From assembly GCA_964291235.2 (NCBI GenBank), contig OZ219816.1, positions 1,984,001 through 2,048,000 of the forward strand: a stretch of 64,000 nt of DNA, written 5' to 3'. This document shows, piece after piece, positions 38,001-49,219 of the stretch (positions within the stretch are counted from its first letter, which is position 1; each line of letters starts with the position of its first letter). Both the position numbers and the translations under genes were made by a program. The notes under the pieces are model-generated. The model saw nothing but the letters and a program-made list of their open reading frames with translations, made no database searches and was not told the origin of the DNA. This stretch comes from Vicinamibacteria bacterium (lineage in GTDB: Bacteria > Acidobacteriota > Vicinamibacteria > Marinacidobacterales > Marinacidobacteraceae).

Positions 38001-40211
38001 ATGAAGACCCGCGTTTCCCTTTTCGCCGCCGCCGCCCTACTTGTCGCTACCGGAGCCCCGGCCCAGACGGAGCCCATCGAACTGGGCCACCTCTACGGAC
38101 CCGACGCGCTCGAGTTCTCCCCTGACCTCCCGAGCATCCGCTGGCTGCCGGGAGGAACGCACTACCTGTCCGGAACCGGCGAGGGCGCCGAACGGACGTG
38201 GACGGTGATCGAGGCCGCGACCGGGACCTCCCGGCCCCTTTACGACGCCGGAGCGCTGGCCGCCGCGCTCGTGGAAACGCTGTCCCTCCCCGACGAGGAA
38301 GCGGCGCGCGCCGCGCGCCCCGGGAGGCTCGTCATGCCGGATACGGGCGACCGGCTGCTCCTGAACCTGGCCTCCGATCTGTTCGTCTGGGAGACGGCCG
38401 GGAACACCCTGCGCCGCCTCACCCGCACCCCCGAACCCGAGGAACTGGCGCGCTTCTCACCGGACAGACGCCGCCTCGCCTTCATCCGGGACAACGATCT
38501 GTACGTGACGGACCTCGAGGGTGCGGAGCTGCAACTCACGACCGGGGGCGGGCCGGACTTGTTCAACGGGAAGCTGGACTGGGTCTATCAGGAGGAGATC
38601 TACGGGCGCGGCAACTTCTTCGCCCACTGGTGGAGTCCGGACGGCAGCCGAATCGCTTTCCTGCAGACCGACGAACGGGACGTTCCCCGTTTCACCGTGG
38701 TGGACCACATTCCCTACCACCTGGATCTGGAGGTCTATCCGTACCCCAAGGCCGGCGATCCCAACCCACGGGTGCGGCTCGGGGTGGTCCCCGCGTCCGG
38801 CGGCAACATCGTCTGGGTGCATCCGGGCGGCTACGGCAACCAGGAAACGCTCATCGTGAACGTCGCCTTCTCGCCGGACGGTCGGCTCTGGTACCAGGTG
38901 CAGGACCGGACGCAGACCTTCCTGGACCTCCACCGGGCCGACGCCCGCACCGGGGAATCCGTCCGCGTCCTGCGGGAAGACGCCGGCCCGTGGGTCAATG
39001 GGCACGGCGCGCCCCACTTCCTCTCCGAGGCAAACGGGGGCGGATTCTTGTGGTTCAGCGAACGGACCGGGTTCAAGCACCTCTACCGCTACGACGCGGC
39101 CGGTGAACTCGTGGGTTCGCTGACCGAGGGCCGCTACGAGCTCCGGCGCCTCCATGCCGTGGACGAGGATGCCGGCGTCGCATTCGCTTCGGGCACCTAC
39201 CGTTCCTCCCTGGGCTCCGACATCCTGAAGGTGGCGCTCGACGGATCCGGCGTCACGCTGCTCGACGACGCGCCGGGCACGCATCAGGCCAACTTCCCGG
39301 AAGGGCCCCGTATCGAAACCTACATGGCGGTCTCCCATGACCTGAGCAGCCCGCCGCGAATGAGTCTGCGCGCCGCCGACGACGGATCCGCCCTCCGCGA
39401 CCTCGGCGGCGGCAGCGTCCCCGACCTCGAGCGGTTCGAGGTCTCCCCGCCCGAGCTGCTTCAGGTTCCCACCGAAGACGGAACGGAGCTCGAGGCCATG
39501 ATGATCCGTCCCCACGGCTTCGACGCCTCCCGGGTCTATCCCGCCTGGGTGCACGTCTATGGCGGACCGCACGCGCCCCAGGTCAGAAACGCCTGGCCGG
39601 GAACCCGCGGCATGTGGTTCCAGTACCTGGCGCAGCAGGGGATCGTGGTCTTCGTGGTGGACAACCGCATCGCCTCCGGCAAGGGGGTGGAGTCCACCTG
39701 GCCCGTTTACGGGAACTTCGGCGAACAAGAACTCAGCGACCTCGTCGAGGCGGTGGAGTGGCTGGGCTCACGCGACTTCGTGGACGCGGCCCGGATCGGG
39801 GTGGACGGCTGGAGTTTCGGGGGATACATGACGCTGACGGCGCTCACCAAGTCCGACCGTTTCCGGGCCGGCATTGCCGGCGGCAGCGTGGTGGACTGGC
39901 GCGACTACGACTCGGTGTACACCGAGCGATACATGAGCACTCCGGACGAAAACCCGTCGGGATACCGGAAGAGTTCCGTGCGCGAGGCAGCCGGGAACCT
40001 CACCGGTGAGTTGCTCCTGATCCACGGGACGATGGACGACAACGTCCATTTGCAGAACACCATCCAGTTCGTGCACGACCTGCAAAAGGCGGGAAAGCCC
40101 TTTGAGTTGATGGTGTATCCCAAGTCCCGTCACGGGGTCCGGGATCCGAATCTCGTCCTTCATCTGCGCGAAACCATGGCGCGCTTCATTCTGAAGACTC
40201 TCTCCCCCTAG
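38001..40211 (+). CDS. Dipeptidyl peptidase IV (peptidase S9B)
   Basis: DWVYQEEI, YPKAG, YGGP, GWSFGG (Ser), HGTMDDNVH (Asp) and SRHG (His). Confidence 0.95.
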   Translation: MKTRVSLFAAAALLVATGAPAQTEPIELGHLYGPDALEFSPDLPSIRWLPGGTHYLSGTGEGAERTWTVIEAATGTSRPLYDAGALAAALVETLSLPDEEAARAARPGRLVMPDTGDRLLLNLASDLFVWETAGNTLRRLTRTPEPEELARFSPDRRRLAFIRDNDLYVTDLEGAELQLTTGGGPDLFNGKLDWVYQEEIYGRGNFFAHWWSPDGSRIAFLQTDERDVPRFTVVDHIPYHLDLEVYPYPKAGDPNPRVRLGVVPASGGNIVWVHPGGYGNQETLIVNVAFSPDGRLWYQVQDRTQTFLDLHRADARTGESVRVLREDAGPWVNGHGAPHFLSEANGGGFLWFSERTGFKHLYRYDAAGELVGSLTEGRYELRRLHAVDEDAGVAFASGTYRSSLGSDILKVALDGSGVTLLDDAPGTHQANFPEGPRIETYMAVSHDLSSPPRMSLRAADDGSALRDLGGGSVPDLERFEVSPPELLQVPTEDGTELEAMMIRPHGFDASRVYPAWVHVYGGPHAPQVRNAWPGTRGMWFQYLAQQGIVVFVVDNRIASGKGVESTWPVYGNFGEQELSDLVEAVEWLGSRDFVDAARIGVDGWSFGGYMTLTALTKSDRFRAGIAGGSVVDWRDYDSVYTERYMSTPDENPSGYRKSSVREAAGNLTGELLLIHGTMDDNVHLQNTIQFVHDLQKAGKPFELMVYPKSRHGVRDPNLVLHLRETMARFILKTLSP

Positions 40212-40276
40212 CTGGGCGTTCGTGTCTCTTGACACAACCGGTTCCGATATCGCCCCGGCTCCACCCCGCCGGTATC

Positions 40277-40660
40277 GCTACTGCGACATGTTCAACCCGG
40301 AAATCCGGCTACTGCGACATGTTCCCCCTCGGCCGGTGTCGCTACTGCGACATGTTGGCCCTCGAAATCCCGGCTACTGCGACATGTTGAACCCCGGCAG
40401 GTAGCGCTACTGCGACATGTTGATTCGGGAATTCCGGCTACTGCGACATGTTCCCACCCGGCCGGTATCGCTACTGCGACATGTTCAGCCGGAAATCCGG
40501 CTACTGCGACATGTTCACCCCCCGCCGGTATTGCTAGTGCGACATGTTCAGCCCGGAAAACCGGCTACTGCGACATGTTCCCACTCCGGCCGGTATCGCT
40601 ACTGCGACATGTTGAACCGGGAAACCGGCTACTGCGACATGTGAGCCCCCGGCCGGTATC
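40277..40660. repeat. Tandem array of 12 copies of GCTACTGCGACATGTT with alternating 14-18 nt linkers
   Basis: Cores start at 40277, 40308, 40341, 40373, 40406, 40437, 40470, 40500, 40533, 40564, 40598 and 40628; ten are exact and two carry one mismatch. Confidence 0.95.
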
Positions 40661-40669
40661 GCCAGCCGG

Positions 40670-41884
40670 CTATTCCTCCCCCGCCAGCGCCGCCACCTGC
40701 TCCGCAATCGCGAGCGACGCCGTCGCCGCGGGCGAGGGAGCGTTCAGCACGTGGATGCGGCTACCCCGGCGGACGATCCGGAAGTCGTCCGCGATCCGGC
40801 CGTCCGGGAGCACGGCGATCGCCCGGATCCCGGAGGGGCCGGGGGTGAGGTCCTCCGTCTTGAGTTCCGGGACGAGCCGCTGGAGACGCCGGGTGAAGGC
40901 CCGCTTGGAGAGCGACCGGTGGATCTCGTCCACCCCGGCGCGCCACTCCCGGAGCGCCAGCCGGCGGAACCCGGAATACCCCGCCATCTCGCGGAGGTCG
41001 CGAAAATCCAGGTCCCGGCGGCGGTAGCCCTCGCGGGCGAGCGCGAGCACCGCGTTCGGTCCGGCATCCACCTCCCCGTCCAGGTTTCGGTGGAGGTGGA
41101 CCCCGAGGAACGGGAACCGCGGATCGGGGGTCGGGTAGATGAGGCCGCGCACCAGTCCGGCGCGTTCCGGCCGCACCCGGTAGTACTCCCCGCGAAAGGG
41201 CATCACCTGCAGTTCCGGCTCGTCCCCGGCGCGGCGGGCCACCCGGTCCGCGTGGAGGCCGGCGCAGGTGACCAGCCGCCGGCAGGCAAACTCGCCCCCG
41301 GTGGTGAGCACGCGGAGTCCATTGGCGGAATTCACGATCTCCAGGACCCGGGCGCCGGTCTCCACCCGCCCTCCCGCGGCTTCGAAGAGGCGGCGCAGCG
41401 CCAAGGCCACGTCCCGGAAACGGACCACCCCCGAGGTCGGAGAATGAAGCGCCGCCACCCCCTCGGCATGGGGCTCGATGTCCCGGAGTCCGGCCCGGTC
41501 CAGAAGCCGCAATCCGGGGACGCCGTTCGCTTCGCCGCGTCGCAGCAGCGCCTCCAGCCGGACTCGCTCGGACTGGTTCGCCGCGACGATCACCTTGCCC
41601 GAAAGGGAGAAGGGAATCCCCTGTTCCCGGCAGAACCGGAGCAGCAGCTCCACCCCGCGCCGGCAGTTCCGCGCCCGTAGCGATCCTGGCGCGTAGTAGA
41701 TCCCGGAGTGGATGACCCCACTGTTCCTTCCCGTCTGGTGGCGGGCGACGTCCGCCTCTTTTTCGAGAACCAGAACCGACGTCGAGGGCGCCGCCTGCTG
41801 TAATCGGCGCGCGACCGCCAGCCCGACGATGCCGCCGCCGACCACCGCCACGTCGAGGAATCCCGCCCGCTTGGTCCCGTTCAT
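40670..41884 (-). CDS. lhgO: L-2-hydroxyglutarate oxidase
   Basis: VVGGGIVG FAD motif; HQTGRNSGVIHSGIYY, PFRGEYY, PFLGVH, GPNAV and NAPSPAATASL. Confidence 0.93.
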   Translation of the reverse strand: MNGTKRAGFLDVAVVGGGIVGLAVARRLQQAAPSTSVLVLEKEADVARHQTGRNSGVIHSGIYYAPGSLRARNCRRGVELLLRFCREQGIPFSLSGKVIVAANQSERVRLEALLRRGEANGVPGLRLLDRAGLRDIEPHAEGVAALHSPTSGVVRFRDVALALRRLFEAAGGRVETGARVLEIVNSANGLRVLTTGGEFACRRLVTCAGLHADRVARRAGDEPELQVMPFRGEYYRVRPERAGLVRGLIYPTPDPRFPFLGVHLHRNLDGEVDAGPNAVLALAREGYRRRDLDFRDLREMAGYSGFRRLALREWRAGVDEIHRSLSKRAFTRRLQRLVPELKTEDLTPGPSGIRAIAVLPDGRIADDFRIVRRGSRIHVLNAPSPAATASLAIAEQVAALAGEE

Positions 41885-42027
41885 TGGCCCGCCGCCCGCA
41901 TCGTGTCAGAAGCCGGCAGTATCGCGAGAGCGGCCACCCTCTTGAACGCGAATTCAGAACTTCCCCGCATTTCCTTGAATTCGGGGGCAATTCCGAACCG
42001 GCCGGCGTTCCCGGCGTTGCCGGGGAC

Positions 42028-42702
42028 ATGCACCTCCGGCTCCGCTCCCTGCTTCTCTCGGGCGTTCTCCTGACCGCTTCGAACTCTGCCGCCGTCTCTC
42101 CCGGACTCCTGCTTCCCCCGGTCGAGGTCCCACCGGCCGCCCGGAACGAACCGCTGCAGGTCCGGTTTTACGACCCGTACCACCTGCTCTCGACCGAGGC
42201 CGCCGACCTGCTCCAGGGCGAGGTGGTCCGGGCGTTCGAAGCGAGCGAGATCGGGCTCCGTTTCGTCAGCCGGGGCGGTCCGGCAGTGATTCCGGCGACC
42301 CTCTATCCCGAACTGCCCGACCGCTGGGATGTTGCTCCCGAGGCCATCGGAGTCGCGATCGGGGTACAGGGCGAGCGCCGCTCCGTCTTCTTGTCGCTCG
42401 GGGCCGCCGAGCGCGCCCTGGGGCTCCCCCTGGCGGCCCGTACGAAGTGGGAGCGGGGGAAGCGACCGCAACGCCGCAGACCACATGCTGCGCCGCGGCG
42501 CCTCGGGATCGCCCTCGGCCGCGTCCTCGCCCACGAACTCGCCCACACGATCGCACCGGCATGCCCCCATACGAAGAGCGGGCTGATGGCGAGGCGGCTC
42601 AGCCGCCGGATGCTGACGGCGCCGGGAATCGGATTCGACGCCCTCGCCACCCGCCACCTGCGGCTCGCTACGACAGGAACGGACGCTCCCGAATCCGGCT
42701 GA
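42028..42702 (+). CDS. Secreted hypothetical protein with HExxH zincin-like motif
   Basis: Signal peptide; GRVLAHELAH followed by H...GLM (metzincin-like). Confidence 0.6.
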   Translation: MHLRLRSLLLSGVLLTASNSAAVSPGLLLPPVEVPPAARNEPLQVRFYDPYHLLSTEAADLLQGEVVRAFEASEIGLRFVSRGGPAVIPATLYPELPDRWDVAPEAIGVAIGVQGERRSVFLSLGAAERALGLPLAARTKWERGKRPQRRRPHAAPRRLGIALGRVLAHELAHTIAPACPHTKSGLMARRLSRRMLTAPGIGFDALATRHLRLATTGTDAPESG

Positions 42703-42783
42703 AGCGGAAGTCCTGAGCGCGTAGCGCGAGAGCGGCCCCCGGGGACCGCACCGATGGCCGATCGAGCCGGTTAGAGTTTGCCT

Positions 42784-43995
42784 ATGCGGCTTCCGAGTCC
42801 GCGGCGGCAGCGGATTCTCGTGCTCGCCGGCCTTGGCGCCGGCGCCCTCGGGGTTGCCCTGTTCCAGGGCGCGCTGACCATGCCGGAGCGGGTGGAGTCG
42901 CTCTACACGACCGGTATCTATCCGCTGGTCGTGCGCGGGTTCTCCTTCCTGAGCGGCCTCGTTCCCTTCTCGCTGGCGGAACTGCTCATCGCGGCGGCGG
43001 CCCTGTTCGTCATCGGGCGCCTTACCTGGCGGATGACGGCGCGCTTCCGGCAGGTGTCCCGACCGCGGGAGGCACCAGCCGGGGAACCGCCCTCGGCGCT
43101 CCGCAGGCTCGTGCACGTTGCTGCGCTCCGCCGGCTCGCGCACATCGCCGCCTTCGCACTCGCCGTGTCCGGCGCCCTCTATCTGGTCTTCGTCGCGGTC
43201 TGGGGGTTGAACTACGCCCGTCCCCGCCTCGAACACCGGCTCGATCTCCCGACGGGACAAGTCGAGGAATCCGAACTCATCCGGTTGGCCACCCGGGTCG
43301 CTGCCGACACGACCCGCCTCCATCGGATCGCCCGCCTTCCAACCCATGCGGTGTCCGCGAACCCCCTCGATTTCGCAACGCTCAGCAGCGCCATCGACGA
43401 GGCGTACGACGAGCTGGAGCTTCCCGGCGATCCCGGCCCGGGAGGATTGAGCCCGGTCAAACCGGCGGTCTTCTCCGGACTCATGTCCCGGCTCGGCATC
43501 AGCGGCATCTTCGTTCCCTTCACCGGGGAGCCCACCGTCAACACCGGCCCGCCGGACGTGGCCGTCGCGTTCACGGCCGCCCACGAGAAAGCGCACCAGC
43601 GCGCCATCACCCACGAAGGCGAGGCCAGTTTCGCCGCCTACCTGGCGCTCTCCCGGCAGCGGCGGCATCCCTATCTCTCCTATGCCGCTTCCTTCTTCGC
43701 CGCCCGCCACCTGCTGGCGGCCGTGCGTCACGTGGACACGGAGGACCGGGATCGCGCCTGGGCCGCGCTTGGGCCCGGACCCCGGCGCGACCTCGACGCG
43801 CTCAACGCCTTTTGGGCCCAACACCGGGGCATGGTCCGCGGCGCCGCAAGGCGGGTGAATGACTCCTACCTGCGCACGATGCGGATCCCCGATGGCGCCC
43901 GCAGTTACGGCACCGTGGTGCGGCTGCTCATCGCCGACCTGCGCCGGCGCCCCGCGCCGCCGCCGGCCGTCACGACCGACGACAGCGAGGGCTGA
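42784..43995 (+). CDS. DUF3810-like membrane protein (putative Zn peptidase)
   Basis: LVPFSLAE, WGLNYAR, GIFVPFTGE and AHEKAHQ...EGEA motifs. Confidence 0.8.
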   Translation: MRLPSPRRQRILVLAGLGAGALGVALFQGALTMPERVESLYTTGIYPLVVRGFSFLSGLVPFSLAELLIAAAALFVIGRLTWRMTARFRQVSRPREAPAGEPPSALRRLVHVAALRRLAHIAAFALAVSGALYLVFVAVWGLNYARPRLEHRLDLPTGQVEESELIRLATRVAADTTRLHRIARLPTHAVSANPLDFATLSSAIDEAYDELELPGDPGPGGLSPVKPAVFSGLMSRLGISGIFVPFTGEPTVNTGPPDVAVAFTAAHEKAHQRAITHEGEASFAAYLALSRQRRHPYLSYAASFFAARHLLAAVRHVDTEDRDRAWAALGPGPRRDLDALNAFWAQHRGMVRGAARRVNDSYLRTMRIPDGARSYGTVVRLLIADLRRRPAPPPAVTTDDSEG

Positions 43996-44121
43996 AACCG
44001 AGCGAACTGCACCGTAGTTTCGGCGTCACGGCTCAGGGCCAGGTGACGGGGAAACCTGGCGAACGGAGTTCCGCTCGCATCGCGGGCGATGCCGCTCTTG
44101 AAGAGCGGTGCTCCCGGCGCG

Positions 44122-45612
44122 CTATTCCTCCGCGGCCCCGCAGAACCGCGCCGCGGTTTCAAAAAGCGTCCGCACGCTGAAGCCGGTGGCGCCCTTCGGG
44201 TAGTACTTCCAGGGCTTTTCCACGATGAACGGCCCGGCGATGTCGAGATGGGCCCACTTCGCGCCTTCCGGCACGAATTCCTGCAAGAAGAGCGCCGCGG
44301 TGATCGTGCCGGCGTTGATGCCGCCGATGTTCTTGAGGTCGGCGGAGTCACAGCGCAGTTCCTCGGCGTACTCCTTCACGAGCGGCAGCTCCCAGAACAC
44401 CTCGCCGTGCGGAGCGCCCGCCTCGATGACGGCGCGTACCCATTCGGCGTCGTTCCCCATCACCCCGGCAACTCCGGTGCCGAGCGCCCGCACGGCGGCC
44501 CCGGTCAGGGTGGCGACGTCCACGATGTGCGTCGCACCTTCTTCACCGGCGCGGGCCAGCGCGTCGGTCAGGACCAGCCGGCCTTCGGCATCGGTGTTGT
44601 CCACCATGACGTGTTTGCCGTTCCGGGCGCGGAAGATGTCTCCCGGCCGGGTCGCCGACGGCCCCGGGTAGTTCTCCGCCGTCGCCACGATCCCCGTGAC
44701 GGTCGCCGGAACCCCCGCGCGCGCCACCGCCGACATCGCCGCGAGCACGGCCGCGGCTCCCGACATGTCGCCCTTCATGGTCCACATTCCGGAAGGCGGC
44801 TTCAGCGATATCCCGCCGGTGTCGAAGGTAATGCCCTTGCCCACGAGAGCAAGGTGATCTCCATTCTCCGCTCCCGGCGGGCGGTGACGGAGCACGATGA
44901 GTCGCGGAGGCCGGTCGCTCCCCTGCCCCACGGAAATCAGGCCCGGGTACCCCTGTTCCCGGAGCGCCTTCTCATTCCAGACCTGGACCTCCAGCCCGGT
45001 GTCCGCCGCGATGCGATGGGCTTCGCGCGCCAGGATCTCCGGAGTCACCGCTTCGGCGGGCTCGTTGATGAGGTCCCGCGCGCGATTCACTTCCGAAGCC
45101 AGCCGCAGCGCCCGTTGCACTTCGTCCCGAACCTCCTCAAGCGCCTCTTCAGCCACCACGATGCGCACCACGGGCGACGCGGGATCTCCGGGATCCTTGA
45201 AATAGCGCGTGAAGCGGTACGCCCCCAGCGTCGCTCCTTCCGCCACCGCGCCCGCGAAGCGGGGCCCGTCGGCGCCCTGGAGGGAGAAGATCAGTTCCCG
45301 ATGATGGAAGTCGCGGGCGTGCCTGAGAGCCCGGGCCGCCAGGATGCGGATTCCGTCGGAGACCGGATAGTTGCTCGTCCCCCGGGTGTGGAGGGCGAGC
45401 GTGGATGCGCTCCGCGGGCCCCCGTGACCCGCGATCGCCCGCTTCACCTTCGCGTCGGTGAAGATCCGGCGGGCGTTGGACACGGCGTCGTTTTCCCACC
45501 CCGACCGCGGGGCGGCGAGTTCGAGGCCGTCGTCGAGCAGGTAGGCGACCAGCGAGCCGCCCCGGGCGGAGACGTCCGCCGAAACCTGAACCTTCGGTGT
45601 TTCAGTCTTCAT
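44122..45612 (-). CDS. pepA: Leucyl aminopeptidase (M17)
   Basis: [27 protein letters not shown] and WAHLDIAG motifs. Confidence 0.93.
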   Translation of the reverse strand: MKTETPKVQVSADVSARGGSLVAYLLDDGLELAAPRSGWENDAVSNARRIFTDAKVKRAIAGHGGPRSASTLALHTRGTSNYPVSDGIRILAARALRHARDFHHRELIFSLQGADGPRFAGAVAEGATLGAYRFTRYFKDPGDPASPVVRIVVAEEALEEVRDEVQRALRLASEVNRARDLINEPAEAVTPEILAREAHRIAADTGLEVQVWNEKALREQGYPGLISVGQGSDRPPRLIVLRHRPPGAENGDHLALVGKGITFDTGGISLKPPSGMWTMKGDMSGAAAVLAAMSAVARAGVPATVTGIVATAENYPGPSATRPGDIFRARNGKHVMVDNTDAEGRLVLTDALARAGEEGATHIVDVATLTGAAVRALGTGVAGVMGNDAEWVRAVIEAGAPHGEVFWELPLVKEYAEELRCDSADLKNIGGINAGTITAALFLQEFVPEGAKWAHLDIAGPFIVEKPWKYYPKGATGFSVRTLFETAARFCGAAEE

Positions 45613-47551
45613 CGCCGTAGTCCTCTCTTAGTTTTTGCACCACCGCCGGATCCGCCAGCGTGGTGGTATCGCCGATCGCCTTGCCCGCCGCGATGTCCCG
45701 GAGCAGGCGCCGCATGATCTTCCCGGACCGGGTCTTGGGGACGTCCGCGGCCAGCACGATGTCGTCGGGGCGGGCGATGGGACCGATCGCTTCCGCAACG
45801 TGCGCCTTCAGTTCGGCGACGAGCCCGGCGTGGGATGCGGCGCTCTCCTTGAGGACGACGAACGCGGCGATTCCCTCTCCCTTGATCTCGTGCGGCCGGC
45901 CGACGACCGCGGCCTCGGCAACGGCCTCGTGTTCGACCAGCGCGCTCTCGACTTCTGCCGCCCCGAGCCGGTGGCCGGAGACGTTCAGGACGTCGTCCAC
46001 CCGCCCCATGACCCAGAAGTAGCCCTCTTCGTCGCGCCGGGCGCCGTCCGCCGGGAAGTAGATGTCCTTCCATTGGCTCCAGTAGGTCTGCCGGAAGCGT
46101 TCTTCATCGCCCCAGATGCCGCGCAGCATGGAGGGCCAGGGCCGGGTGATGGCGAGCAGCCCCCCGCCCACTTCGACCCGCTCTCCCCGCCGGTCGAAGA
46201 TGTCGAGGGATATCCCGGGGAAGGCGTGCGTCGCGGACCCGGGCTTCAGAGTGGTCACCCCCGGGAGCGGAGTCGCCATGATCGCGCCGGTCTCCGTCTG
46301 CCACCAGGTGTCCACGACGGGGCAGCGTCCACCCCCGATCTCCCGGTGGTACCAGACCCAGGCTTCGGGGTTGATGGGCTCTCCCACCGTTCCCAGCAGG
46401 CGCAACGAGGTGAGGTCGTGCGAGGACGGGTGCTCCGTTCCCCACTTCATGAAGGCGCGGATGGCCGTCGGCGCGGTGTAGAGGCAGGTCACCCCGTAGC
46501 GCTCCACGATGGACCAGATCCGGGCGCGGTTCGGAAAGTCGGGCGCCCCCTCGTACATGACCTGGGTGACCCCGAGTGCGAGCGGTCCGTAAACGATGTA
46601 GGAGTGGCCCGTCACCCAGCCGATGTCGGCCGCCGCCCACCAGACATCCGAGTCCTTCAGGTCGAAGACCGCCCGGGCGGTAGCGGTGGCCTGGGTGAGA
46701 TAGCCGCCGGTGGTATGCACGATCCCCTTGGGCTTTCCGGTGGTGCCCGAGGTGTAGAGGATGTAGAGGATGTCCTCGGAGTCCATCTCCTCCGGCTCGG
46801 CGGTGTCGGCGGCTCCCGCCATGAGTTCCGCCCAGACGTGGTCCCGGCCGGCCACCATGGCCACGTCCTCGCCGGTGCGGCGCACCATGACCACGCCGGT
46901 GATCGAAGGGGTGTCCCGAACCGCCTCGTCGGAAATCGCCTTCAACGGCACGATGCCGCCGCGCCGGTGGCCGCCGTCGGCGGTAATCAGCACCTTGGCC
47001 TCGGCGTCGTTGATGCGGTCCCGGAGCGACTGGGCCGAAAACCCGGCGAAGACCACGCTGTGGGGCGCTCCGATCCGGGCGCAGGCGAGCATGGCGACCG
47101 GCAGTTCCGGAATCATGGGCAGGTAGATCGCCACCCGGTCGCCCTTCTTCACTCCGAGCCCCCGGAGTACGTTCGTGAAGCGGCAGACCTCGCGGTGGAG
47201 GTCGGCGTAGGTCAGGGTCCTGGTGTCTCCAGGCTCGCCCTCCCAGAGGATCGCCGGCCGGTCCCCGCGCCCGTTCGCCAGGTGCCGGTCCAGGCAGTTG
47301 ACGCTGGCGTTCAGTTTTCCGCCGACGAACCAGCGCGCGAAGGGCGGCTTCCAGTCCAGAACCTGGTCCCAGCGCCGGCTCCAGTCGAGGCTCTCCGCCT
47401 GGGCGGCCCAAAACGCTTCCGGATCGGCCTCCGCTTCCCGGTAGATGGAATCGTCCCGGACCCACGCCCGCTCCCGGAATTCCTCCGGAGGCGGGTAGGC
47501 GCGCTGCTCGTCGAGCAGGACTTCGATTTCCTGTTGGGGTCGCTCGGCCAT
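45602..47551 (-). CDS. acs: Acetyl-CoA synthetase
   Basis: [33 protein letters not shown] and [11 protein letters not shown] motifs. Confidence 0.97.
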   Translation of the reverse strand: MAERPQQEIEVLLDEQRAYPPPEEFRERAWVRDDSIYREAEADPEAFWAAQAESLDWSRRWDQVLDWKPPFARWFVGGKLNASVNCLDRHLANGRGDRPAILWEGEPGDTRTLTYADLHREVCRFTNVLRGLGVKKGDRVAIYLPMIPELPVAMLACARIGAPHSVVFAGFSAQSLRDRINDAEAKVLITADGGHRRGGIVPLKAISDEAVRDTPSITGVVMVRRTGEDVAMVAGRDHVWAELMAGAADTAEPEEMDSEDILYILYTSGTTGKPKGIVHTTGGYLTQATATARAVFDLKDSDVWWAAADIGWVTGHSYIVYGPLALGVTQVMYEGAPDFPNRARIWSIVERYGVTCLYTAPTAIRAFMKWGTEHPSSHDLTSLRLLGTVGEPINPEAWVWYHREIGGGRCPVVDTWWQTETGAIMATPLPGVTTLKPGSATHAFPGISLDIFDRRGERVEVGGGLLAITRPWPSMLRGIWGDEERFRQTYWSQWKDIYFPADGARRDEEGYFWVMGRVDDVLNVSGHRLGAAEVESALVEHEAVAEAAVVGRPHEIKGEGIAAFVVLKESAASHAGLVAELKAHVAEAIGPIARPDDIVLAADVPKTRSGKIMRRLLRDIAAGKAIGDTTTLADPAVVQKLREDYGDED

Positions 47552-47645
47552 CGGGCGATTGTAGTGAGGAGCCCCCGCCGCAAGACCGGCATGAACGCCC
47601 GGCGACAGGCCCCGGGGCGACGTGATCCGGTTCGGAGGCTGGCTG

Positions 47646-49187
47646 TTAGAAGAGGGTCTGGCGGACGCGGCGCCGCAGCGAGTGGGCGGGGCCGAGGAGA
47701 AGGACCGCCACGGTGATGATTTCGAGACGGCCCGCGATCATCAGGGCGGCAAGCAGGAGCTTGGCCGGCGCGGGGAGGTACGCGTAGCTGGCCGCCGGAC
47801 CGACGGCCCCGAGTCCGGGGCCGACGTTCGTTACCGCGGCGGCGGAGGCGCTGAAGGCGGTCAGCAGATCCACCCCCATCGCGGAGATGGCCAGGGCCCC
47901 GGCGACTGCGAGCCCGACGAACAGCAGCACGACCTCGCCGATCGTCGCGCTGAGCGACGAGGCAACCGGCCGGCGGCCGATATGGACACGCAACTCGGTG
48001 TGGGGCTGGGTGTGCACCCGCAGCGCGAGCGGCACCTTGCGGAACAGGATCACCCAGCGGAGGATCTTGATGGAACCGGCCGTCGAGCCCGCGCAGCCGC
48101 CTGCGAACATGAGAACCAGCACGAGCATTCTCGAAAAGTCCGGCCACTGGTTGTAGTCGGTGACGGCATACCCCGTCGTGGTGATGATCGCCACCGCCGT
48201 GAACACCGCCTCACGCAGACTGTCCCCCGTTCCCTGCCCCGCGAGGTGGACACTGAGGAACAGGAGGCCGGCGCTGACCGCGACGACCCCGATGTAGAGG
48301 CGCAGTTCCGGATCCGAGAAGTAGCTGGCGGCCGGCGCCGCGGGCACCCGCTTCCAGGGACGACCCCGGAGGCGTCGCCAGACCCGGGCGAGGCCGGCGA
48401 AAAGACGCCTCACTTCGTAGATGTGGATGGCGAACCGCATGCCGCCGATCACCATGAACGCGATGATGACCCACTGCACGATCGGCTCGAAGGCGCCCAC
48501 ACTCTCGTTCCGAGGGGAGAAGCCGCCGGTCGCCAGGGTGGTGAACGCGTGGCAGACCGCGTCGAACGCGGGGACGTCGAGGAACAGCAGGATCCCGACG
48601 AGGATCGCGGTGAGCACCGTCCCGACGATCACCGTGTCGCGAGCCGTCTCGGTGATCTTGGGTTCGGTCTTTTCCGGAGTGGGGCCGGGCGCCTCGGCGG
48701 TCAGGACGTCCACCCCCCACTGGCGGCGGCCGAGCAGCCAGACGAAGATGATGATGATCCCCAGCCCGCCGAGCCACTGGGTCATCGCCCGCCAGAGCAG
48801 CAGGGAGCGCGGGAGCGACTCCACATCGGGAAAGATGGTCGCCCCGGTCGTGGAAAAGCCGGAGGCTGATTCGAACAGCCCGTTCACGGCGAACCCGAGG
48901 CCGAACTCTGCGACGTACGGCAGGGCTCCGAAAACGGTGGCGAGGCACCACGCCAGCACCACGAAGCGATAGGCGCGGCCGCCGCCCGCGGAGGGACCGG
49001 TGCCGGCGGCCAGCGGGGCGAATCGGCGGCCGAGCAGACCGATTCCGAGTCCCAGCGCCGCCGGAACGGCGAAGGCCAACCAGGCCGGCTCCCCAAGGGC
49101 CAGCGCGACGGCCAGCGGAATGAACAGCGCCACCCCCAGCACCTCCGCCATCCGGCCCAGCAGGGCGATGGTCTCGGCGCGGGTCAT
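47646..49187 (-). CDS. trkH: Trk potassium uptake membrane protein
   Basis: [33 protein letters not shown] and NVGPG pore loops. Confidence 0.93.
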   Translation of the reverse strand: MTRAETIALLGRMAEVLGVALFIPLAVALALGEPAWLAFAVPAALGLGIGLLGRRFAPLAAGTGPSAGGGRAYRFVVLAWCLATVFGALPYVAEFGLGFAVNGLFESASGFSTTGATIFPDVESLPRSLLLWRAMTQWLGGLGIIIIFVWLLGRRQWGVDVLTAEAPGPTPEKTEPKITETARDTVIVGTVLTAILVGILLFLDVPAFDAVCHAFTTLATGGFSPRNESVGAFEPIVQWVIIAFMVIGGMRFAIHIYEVRRLFAGLARVWRRLRGRPWKRVPAAPAASYFSDPELRLYIGVVAVSAGLLFLSVHLAGQGTGDSLREAVFTAVAIITTTGYAVTDYNQWPDFSRMLVLVLMFAGGCAGSTAGSIKILRWVILFRKVPLALRVHTQPHTELRVHIGRRPVASSLSATIGEVVLLFVGLAVAGALAISAMGVDLLTAFSASAAAVTNVGPGLGAVGPAASYAYLPAPAKLLLAALMIAGRLEIITVAVLLLGPAHSLRRRVRQTLF

Positions 49188-49219
49188 GGGTGTGGGAGCG
49201 GCTCCGGGCGCGACGGAAA

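Noticed and set aside
40222-40644. Short ORFs with RYCDM / LLRHV peptide repeats
   Set aside because: Unit lengths are mostly not multiples of three and the frames shift and stop, so the peptides are by-products of the DNA repeat.
40277-40660. CRISPR array or TIGR-type guide array
   Set aside because: The repeat is only 16 bp; the linkers are 14-18 nt and fall into two mutually similar classes rather than unique spacers; there is no cas or Tas-like gene adjacent and no evident leader or box C/D motifs.
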